64,000 bases of DNA from Candidatus Ozemobacteraceae bacterium (GTDB lineage Bacteria; Muiribacteriota; Ozemobacteria; Ozemobacterales; Ozemobacteraceae). The notes under the pieces were generated by a model. That model searched no databases and was not told where the DNA came from. It was given only the letters and a program-made list of their open reading frames with translations. The stretch covers positions 928,001-992,000 of the forward strand of contig OZ223236.1 in NCBI GenBank assembly GCA_965140445.1, in the 5' to 3' direction. Made by a program: the position numbers and the translations under genes. This document shows, piece after piece, positions 10,055-20,359 of this stretch (its first letter is position 1; each line of letters opens with the position of its first letter).

Positions 10055-10747
10055 ATGGCTGAAAAGGAAAAAATAGATCCCTTAGAAATTCCAGAAGAGG
10101 AAATGCGAACTGAAGATTTGATTGGAAATCCTCAGGAGGCTTTTGATATTGATCAGGACCTTGAAACCCTTAGAAAAATAGATATTTCAAAAGCAATTCT
10201 TATTAAGACTCAAAGAGGCGGGAAGCATCCAGATAAAAAGACAGATCGCTTGCTTGATCGATACATGCAATTGGGGAATGAAGAAATTGAAGGCCCTTAT
10301 CTTATAAGAGTTCTTTCAACTATAATGTTTGTTTTTATTGTTAGTGCCTTGTCCTGGTTATTGATATGGTTACTAGGAGCTGTAGCTGGTTGGAGTGTTT
10401 TTTTACGTTTTCTTTCTATTGCGATGTCGACATTTGTTATTGCAATGTTTGGGGTTGCAGTTTTTAATCCCATGAGCCTTGTAAATGAACCTGAGTTACA
10501 AAGGAAAATCAAACTTCGACTCGAAGAATTGCATCAGTCCAGGCAAAAAGATATAAATGAGAAGCTTGGTGCAGATGCTCCGCCTTCTTCTGCTGAAGAT
10601 AGTATTACAGGAGATGGTTTGAAAGAACCTGATACAGATGTTCCATTAAATGACGAAGAAGAGCTTGGAGAGACAACTGAAATAGATGAAGACTCTGGAC
10701 CATCTTTGGATCCTGAAAATATTGATGAAGAAAAGGTCGAAGCTTAA
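10055..10747 (+). CDS. Hypothetical membrane protein with two TM helices and acidic termini
   Basis: Long ORF, two hydrophobic segments, acidic C-terminal tail. Confidence 0.7.
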   Translation: MAEKEKIDPLEIPEEEMRTEDLIGNPQEAFDIDQDLETLRKIDISKAILIKTQRGGKHPDKKTDRLLDRYMQLGNEEIEGPYLIRVLSTIMFVFIVSALSWLLIWLLGAVAGWSVFLRFLSIAMSTFVIAMFGVAVFNPMSLVNEPELQRKIKLRLEELHQSRQKDINEKLGADAPPSSAEDSITGDGLKEPDTDVPLNDEEELGETTEIDEDSGPSLDPENIDEEKVEA

Positions 10748-10750
10748 AAT

Positions 10751-11236
10751 CTACCAGGTTGAATAAATTTTTCCTGTTTTGGGTGCCCAGACCACTTTGT
10801 AGGTTCTTTCCGGAGTTTTAATGTGAAATCTTACTATGGCTGTGTCCAGTGAAAATGGCTTTATTTCAACAAAATTGGTTTTACTAATCGCAATTTTATG
10901 TTTTCCATCCATGCGATTAAACCGTGCAGAAAAGTCCCAATGAAGCCCCTTGGAAGACTGTCTCCATCGCAACCCCGGAGTAGAGCTTTTTGCGCTGTCC
11001 AGAAAGTCTACATTGGTTAGAATTGCATCACCCTTCAGGCAAGTTAATTTGTATCTGATTTTATCAATAAATTCCTGGCTTTTTGTCCAGCCAAGTAAAA
11101 GATAATCAAACCTGATGTGAACCTTTCCTCCAAGATACAGGGAAAAATTCTTTTTAAAATAACTTCCAGCTTCTGCTGAGTTTGGCAGGCAAAATAGAAA
11201 CAGCATTAGCGCAGTGATAAAAAATTTGTTTTTCAT
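10751..11236 (-). CDS. Hypothetical exported protein
   Basis: GGAGG RBS; MKNKFFITALMLFLFCLPNSAEA signal peptide. Confidence 0.7.
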   Translation of the reverse strand: MKNKFFITALMLFLFCLPNSAEAGSYFKKNFSLYLGGKVHIRFDYLLLGWTKSQEFIDKIRYKLTCLKGDAILTNVDFLDSAKSSTPGLRWRQSSKGLHWDFSARFNRMDGKHKIAISKTNFVEIKPFSLDTAIVRFHIKTPERTYKVVWAPKTGKIYSTW

Positions 11237-11366
11237 GCAGCCTCCAGAATTAAAATTGCCGTCTGCAGTTATATATCGCATATTTCAAGGGCAAAATTCA
11301 AGGTTAATAACAAAAACTATACAAACAAACAAAAAACAATATATCTAGTTATCGGGAGTAGATTAT

Positions 11367-12017
11367 ATGACAGAAAAACTAACTTTAAAAAAGAAAAAGC
11401 AGCTTGCTTTATCAGTGATAGAAAAGCTTCGAAAAAAATATCCTCAACCAGAGTGCGCATTGATTTATTCCAGCCCATGGGAGCTGCTTGTAGCGACTAT
11501 CCTTTCCGCACAATGCACAGATATCAGAGTTAATCTGGTAACACCTGGCCTTTTTAAAAAATTCAAAACCATGAAAAGCTTCGCTAAAGCTAAACAGGCT
11601 GAGGTTGAAGAGGCAGTTAAGTCCACAGGTTTTTTCAGGAATAAGGCGAAGAATATCATTGCTTGCGCAGCAGCTTTAATCGAGAAGCACGGCGGTGAAA
11701 TTCCAAAGGATATTGAAGAGTTGATAAAATTACCCGGAATAGGTCGTAAAACGGCAAATGTTCTTCTGGGAAATGCTTATGGTATTGCTTCTGGCGTCGT
11801 TGTTGACACCCACGTGAAAAGACTATCCGGAAGAATCGGATTAACGGAAAACACCGATCCCGAAAAAGTTGAAACGGATCTGGTAAAAATAGTTCCAAAA
11901 GCTGAATGGATAGATTTCTCTCATTTGCTGATCTGGCACGGCAGAGACCGGTGCATGGCAAGAAAGCCCGATTGCGAGAATTGCGAGTTGGGAGAGATTT
12001 GTTTGAAGCGGATATAG
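11367..12017 (+). CDS. nth: Endonuclease III
   Basis: LVATILSAQCTD, HhH motif LPGIGRKTANV, VDTHV, and 4Fe-4S motif C-x6-C-x2-C-x5-C. Confidence 0.97.
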   Translation: MTEKLTLKKKKQLALSVIEKLRKKYPQPECALIYSSPWELLVATILSAQCTDIRVNLVTPGLFKKFKTMKSFAKAKQAEVEEAVKSTGFFRNKAKNIIACAAALIEKHGGEIPKDIEELIKLPGIGRKTANVLLGNAYGIASGVVVDTHVKRLSGRIGLTENTDPEKVETDLVKIVPKAEWIDFSHLLIWHGRDRCMARKPDCENCELGEICLKRI

Positions 12018-12073
12018 GGTTTGTTTCTGAATTGGTTGAAACAATTGGGTTTCGGGGCTAAACTAGATGGGCA

Positions 12074-13015
12074 ATGAATAAAGTATTTCAAAAATATGGC
12101 GGATTAGTGGCTATTTTGGCATCGGTTTTTTTTCTGATGTCTTATTTTGCCTATAAGGCAATAAATTTACCCCGTCCGTTATATCAGAAAGTTAACCTTG
12201 AGCCCGTTGCTGCACCGGCAGTTGGTTTATCTGAAGAGCAACTTCTACAGCGGGAAATGTCAGCCATCAGCAGCATTCAGCCTGGGTCATTTAGTTTGGT
12301 ATTTGGGATTTTGCCGGACAAGGATGCTGTCAAAAAGGCAGTAGAAAGTAAAAAGCTTATAGCTTCAAAGCCCGTTGAGATCGAAAAAAAAGTTGAGTTA
12401 AAGCCAGCAGTTGATCTGGAAGCCGCTGGTTATAAATTAAAGGGTGTAATCAAGGAAAAGGGCGGTAATAGTGCTGCTTTTATATACGATCCAGGTTTAA
12501 AAAGAACTGTGGTTGCACGTGAGCTTGGAACTGGTTCTATAAGACTGTTGTCGGTCGCAACCCGTATGGTCAGAGTTGCAACAGAGAAAGGCGAAGGGAT
12601 TCTAAAACTGGAAAATTCAATTGGATCGGAACATAGTTCGCCTTCGTTCGTAAGAAATTCTGGTCCTGTGGTTACTATTCATGAAAATAAGGGAACTCTT
12701 TCGGATTTAAACCCTGGTAGAGTTGCAAGGCTTATTCAAAAAGGAAAGCTCAAGGTTACTTCTTCCAGAGGGATGTGCCGGGTTGAGATAAAGGAAGTTC
12801 CAGATGAAATAAATGGATATGATGTTAACAAAGGCGACATTATTCTAGGAACTTCGAAAGGTGACTTTAGAAAATCTGGTGAGGTTGCTGAAAAGCTTGG
12901 GCGATTGGGAGCAGAAAGAACTGCTTTGAAAGTCTGGAGAAAGGGGCGTGTCATTCTGGTTCAACCACCTTTGCTAAAGGAAAATGACGTTCGACAGCCT
13001 TTGCAGAAAAAATAG
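12074..13015 (+). CDS. Probable T2SS protein C-like (TM, HR-like and PDZ-like regions)
   Basis: N-terminal TM, YKLKGVI..SAAFI (GspC/PilP-like), C-terminal GDIIL..LKVWRKG (PDZ-like). Lies just upstream of gspD. Confidence 0.6.
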   Translation: MNKVFQKYGGLVAILASVFFLMSYFAYKAINLPRPLYQKVNLEPVAAPAVGLSEEQLLQREMSAISSIQPGSFSLVFGILPDKDAVKKAVESKKLIASKPVEIEKKVELKPAVDLEAAGYKLKGVIKEKGGNSAAFIYDPGLKRTVVARELGTGSIRLLSVATRMVRVATEKGEGILKLENSIGSEHSSPSFVRNSGPVVTIHENKGTLSDLNPGRVARLIQKGKLKVTSSRGMCRVEIKEVPDEINGYDVNKGDIILGTSKGDFRKSGEVAEKLGRLGAERTALKVWRKGRVILVQPPLLKENDVRQPLQKK

Positions 13016-13090
13016 CAATAGCCTTTTTGTGTTTCTTGGTACATTATTCAATGTACGATATAATTACGCAAAAACAATTGGGGATAGAAT

Positions 13091-15517
13091 ATGATTGGTT
13101 TTTACAGAAGGAATTCAGCTTTGAGATTATTTTGCATTGTTTTGACTTTTCTGGTTTCCGCATCTTTCTGCGGAAATGCTTTTGCTCAGAACAAGGGCGA
13201 TAATAAGAGAATTCTTAATTTTAAGAAGCGTCCTCTGATTCGTAATACTCCCGGATCTGCAAGAGCATTAAGCCAGGCAAATTCGGGTAATACTTCTATC
13301 CCTTATTCTTACCAACCGATTTCTGTTGGCACAAAAGACATGGCTCCGAATTCTACAAAAGATATTGATGAAGCAACTATTTTAGAACCATCTTCTGGTT
13401 CAAATTCTGATGAGATCGCTATAAATTTTGAATCGGTTGATTTGATGAGTCTGGTTCGGTATATAAGTCAGGAAACCGGAAGAGGTTTTATTATTAATCA
13501 GGCTTTAAAGGGCGATGTAACTATTATTTCTCCCGTGACCATCGGAAAAGAAGATGCTATGGCGATGCTTGAGTCTATTTTACAGGTTAGAGGCTATACG
13601 GCAGTAGCATCGGGCAATTTGTATAAAATAGTTCCATTAAATGAAGCCAAGGTTGCCGGAACAGAAACCAGGATGTCAGACGAGCTTGGGATGCTTAAGG
13701 ATGACGACACACTTATTACTCAGATAGTCCCATTGCAAAGAACCTCTGTAAATGAAGCTCAGAGCATTTTGCAAACTTTGCTCCCCCGTGACTCTTCCAT
13801 GTTGCTGTTTCCCCCTTCAAACACAATTGTTTTGACCGGCAGGTCAGTTAATATAAAAAGAGCTCTGGAGGTTTTGTCAGAACTTGAAAAGGGACTTATG
13901 AAGCCTGGATTGGATATTGTTCCGCTCAAATTCTCGGCTGCAGATGATCTTAAGAACCAGTTGGAGAAGATTATTTCTTCAGGCGGAGTCGAAAGAGATG
14001 AAATCAGGGGCGGGGTCAACTTTATCTCAGATAAAAGGAGTAACAGTCTCCTTGTGTTAACTTCTCCTTCCAATTTTGAGCGCATTAGAATGCTTATAGA
14101 CAGACTTGATACGGCTACAACAGATAGTCGCCCGGAGTTGACAAAGTTTTACAGGCTAAAATATGCCCAGGAAGGGGAGACGGTTACTCAAATAGAAACC
14201 ATTCTTGGTATAGGAAAACCAGACAAGGTTTATAATGCAACTGAATCTTTTGCAATTGAAACAACCAAGCTGGTTCCAATAAAAAGAACAAGGTCAATTA
14301 TGGTTACAACTCGTTCTGAAGCGATGCTTACCAGGATTGAAACTTTACTAAAGCATTTAGATAGTCCTCCTGTGCAAGATGCAAGCGAGGTAAAGGTCAT
14401 TAGAATAGAGAATGCCGACTCTACGCAGTTGGCAGAAACCCTAGCCCGTCTGGTTCAAGAAAGAAATAAAAGTGCTCAGGCAAAAGATGGAGTTTTGAGT
14501 TTTGTTTCTGAATCTCATACAAACTCGATTATCATGACAGGTCCTCCTCAGATGTTTTCTCATTATGAGGCTATTATTAAAGGGCTTGATATGATGCGTC
14601 ATCAGATACTTGTAGAGGTTCTGATTACGGAGGTTAGTGGGAACTTAACTAATAGTCTTGGAATTGAATGGAATGCTTTAAATAGCACATCTAATGAGTG
14701 GCGAGCTTTTGGTGGAACTAATTATGGCCTGACTGGAAATCCTTTAACGAATTCAGGCTTTCAGCTGGGACTTGTCAAGGATGCATTGGACATGGAAAAA
14801 TTGGCGGCCGGTAGTTTGACTGAATTGTCCAAAATCAAGGCGATGGTTAAGGCTTATAAGAACAACTCCAATTTTAAAATCCTTTCAGCTCCGCAGATTT
14901 TAACTACAGACAATGAAGAAGCAAAAATATCTGTTGGCGAAGTTGTTGCTTTACCACAGGGATTTACTCAGGATAGAGATACTGGGAGGTTTGATTTAAC
15001 GAATTTTAAATATGAAGATGTTGGTATCGTGTTGAATCTAACTCCAAGAGTTAACTCAAAAGAGCTTGTAACTCTTAAGTTGAATCAGGAGATCAAAAAG
15101 AGACAGGAAGAGAATCTTTATGAATTCAATGTTCCTGTTTTAACAAAAAGGCAAATGGAGACCACTATTTCCGTTCCAAACCATCGCACAGTAGTTATTG
15201 GTGGCCTTATGCGAGAAGATAAAACGAAGGTTGAAGAAAGAGTTCCGGTTCTTTCTAATATTCCCATTCTTGGAAATGTTTTTAAAAATAGAAGAAATGT
15301 TGTTCAAAAGACAAACTTGCTTGTATTTATAACTCCCCATATTCTTTCAACTCCGGAGGAGGTAGCTAACTTTAGCTCAGAAATGGAGAAAGAAGGTAGT
15401 TATGAAAAAACAGTTCATGAGAAAAATGAGAAAGCCGTGGTTGAGTTGGATAAACGTATGAAAAATATTCGTGAGAAAGCTAGGCGAGCTTTTGAAAGAT
15501 TAAAAATTAAGAACTAA
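13091..15517 (+). CDS. gspD: Type II secretion secretin
   Basis: N0 domain IAINFESVDL..GDVTIISP, repeated N domains, and secretin motifs QILVEVLITEV, ILSAPQILTTDNEEAKISVG, VPVLSNIPILGNVFK. Confidence 0.95.
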   Translation: MIGFYRRNSALRLFCIVLTFLVSASFCGNAFAQNKGDNKRILNFKKRPLIRNTPGSARALSQANSGNTSIPYSYQPISVGTKDMAPNSTKDIDEATILEPSSGSNSDEIAINFESVDLMSLVRYISQETGRGFIINQALKGDVTIISPVTIGKEDAMAMLESILQVRGYTAVASGNLYKIVPLNEAKVAGTETRMSDELGMLKDDDTLITQIVPLQRTSVNEAQSILQTLLPRDSSMLLFPPSNTIVLTGRSVNIKRALEVLSELEKGLMKPGLDIVPLKFSAADDLKNQLEKIISSGGVERDEIRGGVNFISDKRSNSLLVLTSPSNFERIRMLIDRLDTATTDSRPELTKFYRLKYAQEGETVTQIETILGIGKPDKVYNATESFAIETTKLVPIKRTRSIMVTTRSEAMLTRIETLLKHLDSPPVQDASEVKVIRIENADSTQLAETLARLVQERNKSAQAKDGVLSFVSESHTNSIIMTGPPQMFSHYEAIIKGLDMMRHQILVEVLITEVSGNLTNSLGIEWNALNSTSNEWRAFGGTNYGLTGNPLTNSGFQLGLVKDALDMEKLAAGSLTELSKIKAMVKAYKNNSNFKILSAPQILTTDNEEAKISVGEVVALPQGFTQDRDTGRFDLTNFKYEDVGIVLNLTPRVNSKELVTLKLNQEIKKRQEENLYEFNVPVLTKRQMETTISVPNHRTVVIGGLMREDKTKVEERVPVLSNIPILGNVFKNRRNVVQKTNLLVFITPHILSTPEEVANFSSEMEKEGSYEKTVHEKNEKAVVELDKRMKNIREKARRAFERLKIKN

Positions 15518-15540
15518 CAGGATTGTGAGATTCTTTTGCT

Positions 15541-17193
15541 ATGGCTGAATGGAAGAAAATTGGTGAAATCCTTTTGTGCAAAGGAGCAGTCAGTGAAGAC
15601 ATGCTGTCTTCTGCTCTTCTTCAGCAAGAAAAAACTACCCCTAAAAGAAAGTTGGGAGAGATTCTTATAGAAAATGGCTTTATTTCTGAAGCTACACTTT
15701 TCTCGAATCTTGCCAATCAATGGGGAATTGATTTTGTAGAGTCTGTTGATCAGGCAGACGTTGATTTAAAACTGTTAGAACTTTTTCCACTAGAGCATTT
15801 GCGAAAACGATCAATGTTCCCTGTTCATAAAACTGGAGAAGAAATTTTTGTTGTAGCTTCAAACCCATTTCAAACTGGTTTGTCAGAAGAGTTGCGACAG
15901 ATGTTTGGTTGTCAGCTTCATTTTTTGGTTATGCCCCCATCTAGAATCAGCCAAATTTTAAATGAGACCTATGGAAAAGGCAGGGATTCGAAGGAGTTGA
16001 TTGAAACGATTACAATTGAAGAGGGCCTTGAGGGAGATCTGGAACAATTTAAAGTAGAAGATGTTCTTGAATCAGCAAATAAGGCTCCCGTTGTTAAGTT
16101 TGTTAATACGCTAATTTTTCAGTCTTTGCGAGAGCGGGCTTCGGATATTCATCTTGAATTAGCACCTGAAGCTTTTAGAATAAGGTATCGAATTGACGGG
16201 GTTTTGCTTGATCGATTTTCACCTCCTCGACAGCTTCATGCTCCCGTGACTTCTAGAATTAAGATTATGGCGGGTTTGGATATTGCGGAACGCAGGTTAC
16301 CCCAGGACGGAAAAATTAGGGTGAGGTTTGGCGAAAGAGAAGTGGATATTCGTGTGAGTTCTGTTCCTTGTGCGCATGGAGAAAGAATTGTGATGCGTCT
16401 TTTGGACAGAAAATCTGAGCTGCTTTCGCTGGAGCAGATGGGGATGCTTGAAGATACTCTTGTTACCTTTGATGCACTGATCAGGAGGCCCAATGGAATT
16501 CTTCTGGTAACTGGTCCTACGGGCTCAGGCAAAACCACAACTTTGTACGGCGCGATTATGAGAATTATCAGTCCGAATGTCAATATTATTACTCTTGAAG
16601 ACCCGGTTGAGTATGAGTTAGAGGGGGCAAGTCAAATTCCTGTAAAGCCAAGGATCGGTTTTACATTTGCTTCTGGACTTCGTTCGATATTACGCCAGGA
16701 TCCTGATGTGATTTTGCTTGGAGAGATTCGTGATGATGAAACTGCTTCAATGGCTATTCAGGCAAGTCTGACTGGCCATCTTGTTTTCTCTACGCTGCAT
16801 ACAAATGACTCAGCTTCAGCTGCCGTAAGACTTGTTGATATGAATGTGGAACCATATCTTGTGGCATCTACTTTGATAGGGGTTCTTGCTCAGAGGCTTG
16901 TTAGAAGTTTATGCCCCGCATGCCGCGAAAAAAACAATAATGGCGGATATATTGCCAAGGGCTGCACTAAATGTAGTGAAGGGTATAAAGGCAGAACAGG
17001 AATTTTTGAACTGTTACAGATTGACGAAGGGTTAGGGGCAGCTATTGGCAGAAAAGCTTCTTTGGATGAAATTCGTGGATTTGCTAAAAAACAGGGAATG
17101 CGAACTCTTTATGAGGATGGCCTTTTGAAAGTTGCCAATGGCCATACAACCTTAGCGGAGATTGAAAGAGTTTGTTGGCAGGGGAATTCATAA
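15541..17193 (+). CDS. gspE: Type II secretion ATPase with N-terminal MshEN-like motif
   Basis: GPTGSGKTTT, LRQDPDVILLGEIRD, TGHLVFSTLHTN, two CxxC pairs. KIGEILL..G / KLGEILIENG resembles MshEN. Confidence 0.95.
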   Translation: MAEWKKIGEILLCKGAVSEDMLSSALLQQEKTTPKRKLGEILIENGFISEATLFSNLANQWGIDFVESVDQADVDLKLLELFPLEHLRKRSMFPVHKTGEEIFVVASNPFQTGLSEELRQMFGCQLHFLVMPPSRISQILNETYGKGRDSKELIETITIEEGLEGDLEQFKVEDVLESANKAPVVKFVNTLIFQSLRERASDIHLELAPEAFRIRYRIDGVLLDRFSPPRQLHAPVTSRIKIMAGLDIAERRLPQDGKIRVRFGEREVDIRVSSVPCAHGERIVMRLLDRKSELLSLEQMGMLEDTLVTFDALIRRPNGILLVTGPTGSGKTTTLYGAIMRIISPNVNIITLEDPVEYELEGASQIPVKPRIGFTFASGLRSILRQDPDVILLGEIRDDETASMAIQASLTGHLVFSTLHTNDSASAAVRLVDMNVEPYLVASTLIGVLAQRLVRSLCPACREKNNNGGYIAKGCTKCSEGYKGRTGIFELLQIDEGLGAAIGRKASLDEIRGFAKKQGMRTLYEDGLLKVANGHTTLAEIERVCWQGNS

Positions 17194-18392
17194 TGCCTCT
17201 ATTTGATTATAAAGCTTATGATGCTTCTGGTAACGAGGTTTCTGGACAAACAAACGGAGAAGATCTTACTTCAGTTAGAGCCGATTTAAAATCTCAAGGC
17301 TTTACACCGTTTGAAGTTGCTGAATCAAAATTAACCTCCGAAGGAATTAGCTTTGGCAGCAGTTTTGGCTTGTCAGAGCGGGTAAAATTTTCCCGACAAA
17401 TGGCTGCCTTGTTAAAAGGGGGAGTCCCTTTAACCAAAGCTTTGGCAGGTCTTGAAAATCAATCGGCATGGGTAAAATTTCGCCCCAGATTAGTGAACTT
17501 GCGCGAGAGTATTGAAAAAGGGCAAGATCTTTCTGTTGCAATGGGAGAGCAGGGGGATATTTTTGATGGCACGTCTCTTTCAGTTATCAAAGTTGGAGAA
17601 ACCACAGGAAAGTTGGATTTCGCATTTGAACAGCTTGCTCTTCATCTTGAAAGAGAAATGGAGCACCGAAGAAGATTTATTGCAGCTGTAACCTATCCCG
17701 CAATTACTGCTGTTATTTCAGCAGGGGTATTAGCTTTTTTGATGGTTTATCTTGTTCCGTCAGTAGCAAAGATGTTCGCTGATGTTCAGGGGAAATTACC
17801 GCTGGTTACAAGGGTTTTAATAACATTTAGTAATTTGACCAGAGAGTATTGGATTCCCTTTGTACTTCTTTCAATTGCTGGCCTGGTATTATTCAGATTT
17901 GCTATGAAAACAAAAATTTTTCGAAGAAAATGTGAGATTGTTTTACTAAAGATTCCAGTCTGGGGAAGGTTTATAGAAGGAATGAGAATGGAGTCATGGG
18001 CGAGAAACTCCGGTATGATGGTTCGATGTGGGGTTTCTTTACTTGATTCGGTTAAGGTGTTAGAAGAAAATTCAGATTCAATTTTACATTCGGAAGCTTT
18101 AAAGAAAGTTGAAACTGGTTTAGAAAAAGGAAATTCGTTTACGGATGCTTTAAAAAATACAGACTATTTTCCTGTTTTTTTACTGCAAATGATAGAGGCA
18201 GGGGAGGCATCGGGAGAGCTGGCACCTATGCTCGAATCTTCCGCAAAAGAGCTGGAAGCTGAAAATAAGACAACGACCGATTTGTTTCTAAGTTTACTTG
18301 AGCCGTTATTAATTGTATTTATGGGAATTGTGGTGGGAACCATAATGATTGGGATTCTTTTACCTGTTTACGAAATGAATAAGTTTTTATGA
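17193..18392 (+). CDS. gspF: T2SS inner-membrane platform protein
   Basis: MPLFDYKAYD..G, FSRQMAALLKGGVPL, GEASGEL, LLEPLLIV. Confidence 0.93.
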   Translation: MPLFDYKAYDASGNEVSGQTNGEDLTSVRADLKSQGFTPFEVAESKLTSEGISFGSSFGLSERVKFSRQMAALLKGGVPLTKALAGLENQSAWVKFRPRLVNLRESIEKGQDLSVAMGEQGDIFDGTSLSVIKVGETTGKLDFAFEQLALHLEREMEHRRRFIAAVTYPAITAVISAGVLAFLMVYLVPSVAKMFADVQGKLPLVTRVLITFSNLTREYWIPFVLLSIAGLVLFRFAMKTKIFRRKCEIVLLKIPVWGRFIEGMRMESWARNSGMMVRCGVSLLDSVKVLEENSDSILHSEALKKVETGLEKGNSFTDALKNTDYFPVFLLQMIEAGEASGELAPMLESSAKELEAENKTTTDLFLSLLEPLLIVFMGIVVGTIMIGILLPVYEMNKFL

Positions 18393-18433
18393 GTTATACT
18401 AAAATTTATGGAAATATGTTGTTAGGAGGCCCC

Positions 18434-18880
18434 ATGGGCAGAATGAGGCAAGTTTCTGGTTTTACATTGATTGAACTACTGGTTGTTTTGGTTATTTTGA
18501 GTTTGCTGGCAGGAGTTGTTCTTCCAAGGATGATGGGCAGGACAGAAGATGCTAAGAGACAAACCGCAGAAATTCAGATCAGGAATCTGGAAAATGCCCT
18601 GAAGCTGTATTATGCAGACAATGGGTATTATCCAACCACAGAGCAGACCTTAAAAGCTCTGGTTGTAAAGCCTACAGCAGATCCGGTTCCTCAGAAGTGG
18701 AAGGGTCCCTATCTTGAGAAGGGTATTTTGCCAAAAGATCCTTGGGAAAAGCCTTATGTTTATCTTTCACCGGGCGTTCATTTACCAGAATATGACCTTA
18801 TGAGCTATGGAAAAGATGGAGTTTCTGGTGGTGAGGGTGAATTCGCGGATATAGAAAATTGGAATATAGGAAGAAAATAG
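18434..18880 (+). CDS. gspG: Major pseudopilin
   Basis: G|FTLIELLVV, ALKLY..DNGYYPTTEQ, WKGPYL, DPWEKPY, SYGKDG. AGGAGG RBS. Confidence 0.95.
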   Translation: MGRMRQVSGFTLIELLVVLVILSLLAGVVLPRMMGRTEDAKRQTAEIQIRNLENALKLYYADNGYYPTTEQTLKALVVKPTADPVPQKWKGPYLEKGILPKDPWEKPYVYLSPGVHLPEYDLMSYGKDGVSGGEGEFADIENWNIGRK

Positions 18881-19350
18881 TATTTTGCTGGCGTAGAAGG
18901 CAAGGGTTTACTCTACTGGAGCTTCTGGTAGTGTTGACCCTATTGTCGTTTTCGGCAGGAATTATACTTCCTTCAGCCTCTGTTATTTTAAGACAAAATA
19001 GAGTGGATGGGCTTTCCAGAGAAATTGGGCTGTTGTGCCGTGAGGTTTTTCATCGCTCTGTTGCCTCTGGACTGGTTATGAGAGTCGGTTTTAATTCGAA
19101 AGGGTTGTTGGCTGCCTTTGTCGATGATAACGGGATATTGAAAGAAAAGTCTGACATTTTTTTGCAGGCTGTTTCTGTAGATAAAAAAATTAGACTAATC
19201 TGGCCAGAGAATGGCTGGGCTGTAATACCAGAGGGATATTGCGAGAGCCCGGTTATTAGAATCATTGATAATGAAACAGGAGAGAGTATCTCTTTTAAAT
19301 TTAGACCATATGATGCGAGATTTGAAGAAATAGCTCTTGGAGATGACTAG
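18859..19350 (+). CDS. gspH: Minor pseudopilin H
   Basis: Prepilin motif QG|FTLLELL and operon position. Confidence 0.75.
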   Translation: MEYRKKIVFCWRRRQGFTLLELLVVLTLLSFSAGIILPSASVILRQNRVDGLSREIGLLCREVFHRSVASGLVMRVGFNSKGLLAAFVDDNGILKEKSDIFLQAVSVDKKIRLIWPENGWAVIPEGYCESPVIRIIDNETGESISFKFRPYDARFEEIALGDD

Positions 19351-19748
19351 TGAAAAAAGCGAGTTTTGTTGTTTCCAGATCTGGAGTTACACTTATTGAA
19401 ATACTTGTAGCATTCGCTATTTTGGCAATGATTTCAGGTGCAATCTCAAGTGGAACAGGATATTTAACGGAGAGGCTGGTGAGAGCAGAAAAGGCAACTA
19501 TTGCTAGAAATCTAGCCTGGAAAAGAGTTGTGGAAGTTAAATCTGCCCCTCTGAGGATTGGTCACAATGTTAGCGATTTTGGTAAAGGTTTTTCAGGGTT
19601 CGAGTTTGCAGAAAATATTAATAGGGCAAACATTGGTGGCAAATCTGACAAAGGTTTGTATGAATACGAAATAGTTGTTTCCTGGAAACAGGCTTATAAA
19701 AGAGATAGTTTGGAACTCCACACGCTGTTAGCCGAATATAACAAATGA
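19350..19748 (+). CDS. gspI: Minor pseudopilin I
   Basis: SG|VTLIEILVAFAILA, YEIVVSW, size and position. Confidence 0.8.
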   Translation: MKKASFVVSRSGVTLIEILVAFAILAMISGAISSGTGYLTERLVRAEKATIARNLAWKRVVEVKSAPLRIGHNVSDFGKGFSGFEFAENINRANIGGKSDKGLYEYEIVVSWKQAYKRDSLELHTLLAEYNK

Positions 19749-20359
19749 AGATTAAACTGTTTAACAAACTAAAATTTAAAAATGGCTTTACTCTTATCGA
19801 AATCATGATTTCTTTACTTTTGTTAAGTGTTCTATTGTCGCTTTTAAGTGGAATGCTTTACAGCATGATGAAGCTTTCAAATACGGCCGAATCAGTTTCG
19901 GGGAGACAGAGAGAAGTCGCTTTTTGTCTTGATTTAATGCGCAAAGAGCTTGGTGAAATTGTTGTAAATAATAATGATTCGAGACTTACTTTGCTTGCTG
20001 GCGAAGACTTTTTATCCTATGCAACTACACGTCAGGAACTGGTAGCGAGGGATTCAATTCCTAGAGGACTTGCTCGCGTTGAGTGGCGCTTTGATCGCCA
20101 AAATGGAAATCTAATTCGCAAGGTATTTCAAGTTCCTGAGCCTGGGAGAATCCAGCCACCAGAAACAGAGACAAGATTTCTCTCGGATTTGAAACAGATT
20201 GAAATTGGATATTTGGATGATGAAACATGGAGAATTGCTGAAAGTGATTCATTTGTGATTCCAAAGACCAGAGGTATTTCTATTGTTTTAAGATTTAACA
20301 ATGCAGCTGGAAACTCAAATCAAAAGTCTTATTCCAGCTCTTTTCTACTTTACATATGA
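19745..20359 (+). CDS. gspJ: Minor pseudopilin J
   Basis: NG|FTLIEIMI and operon position. Confidence 0.78.
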   Translation: MKIKLFNKLKFKNGFTLIEIMISLLLLSVLLSLLSGMLYSMMKLSNTAESVSGRQREVAFCLDLMRKELGEIVVNNNDSRLTLLAGEDFLSYATTRQELVARDSIPRGLARVEWRFDRQNGNLIRKVFQVPEPGRIQPPETETRFLSDLKQIEIGYLDDETWRIAESDSFVIPKTRGISIVLRFNNAAGNSNQKSYSSSFLLYI

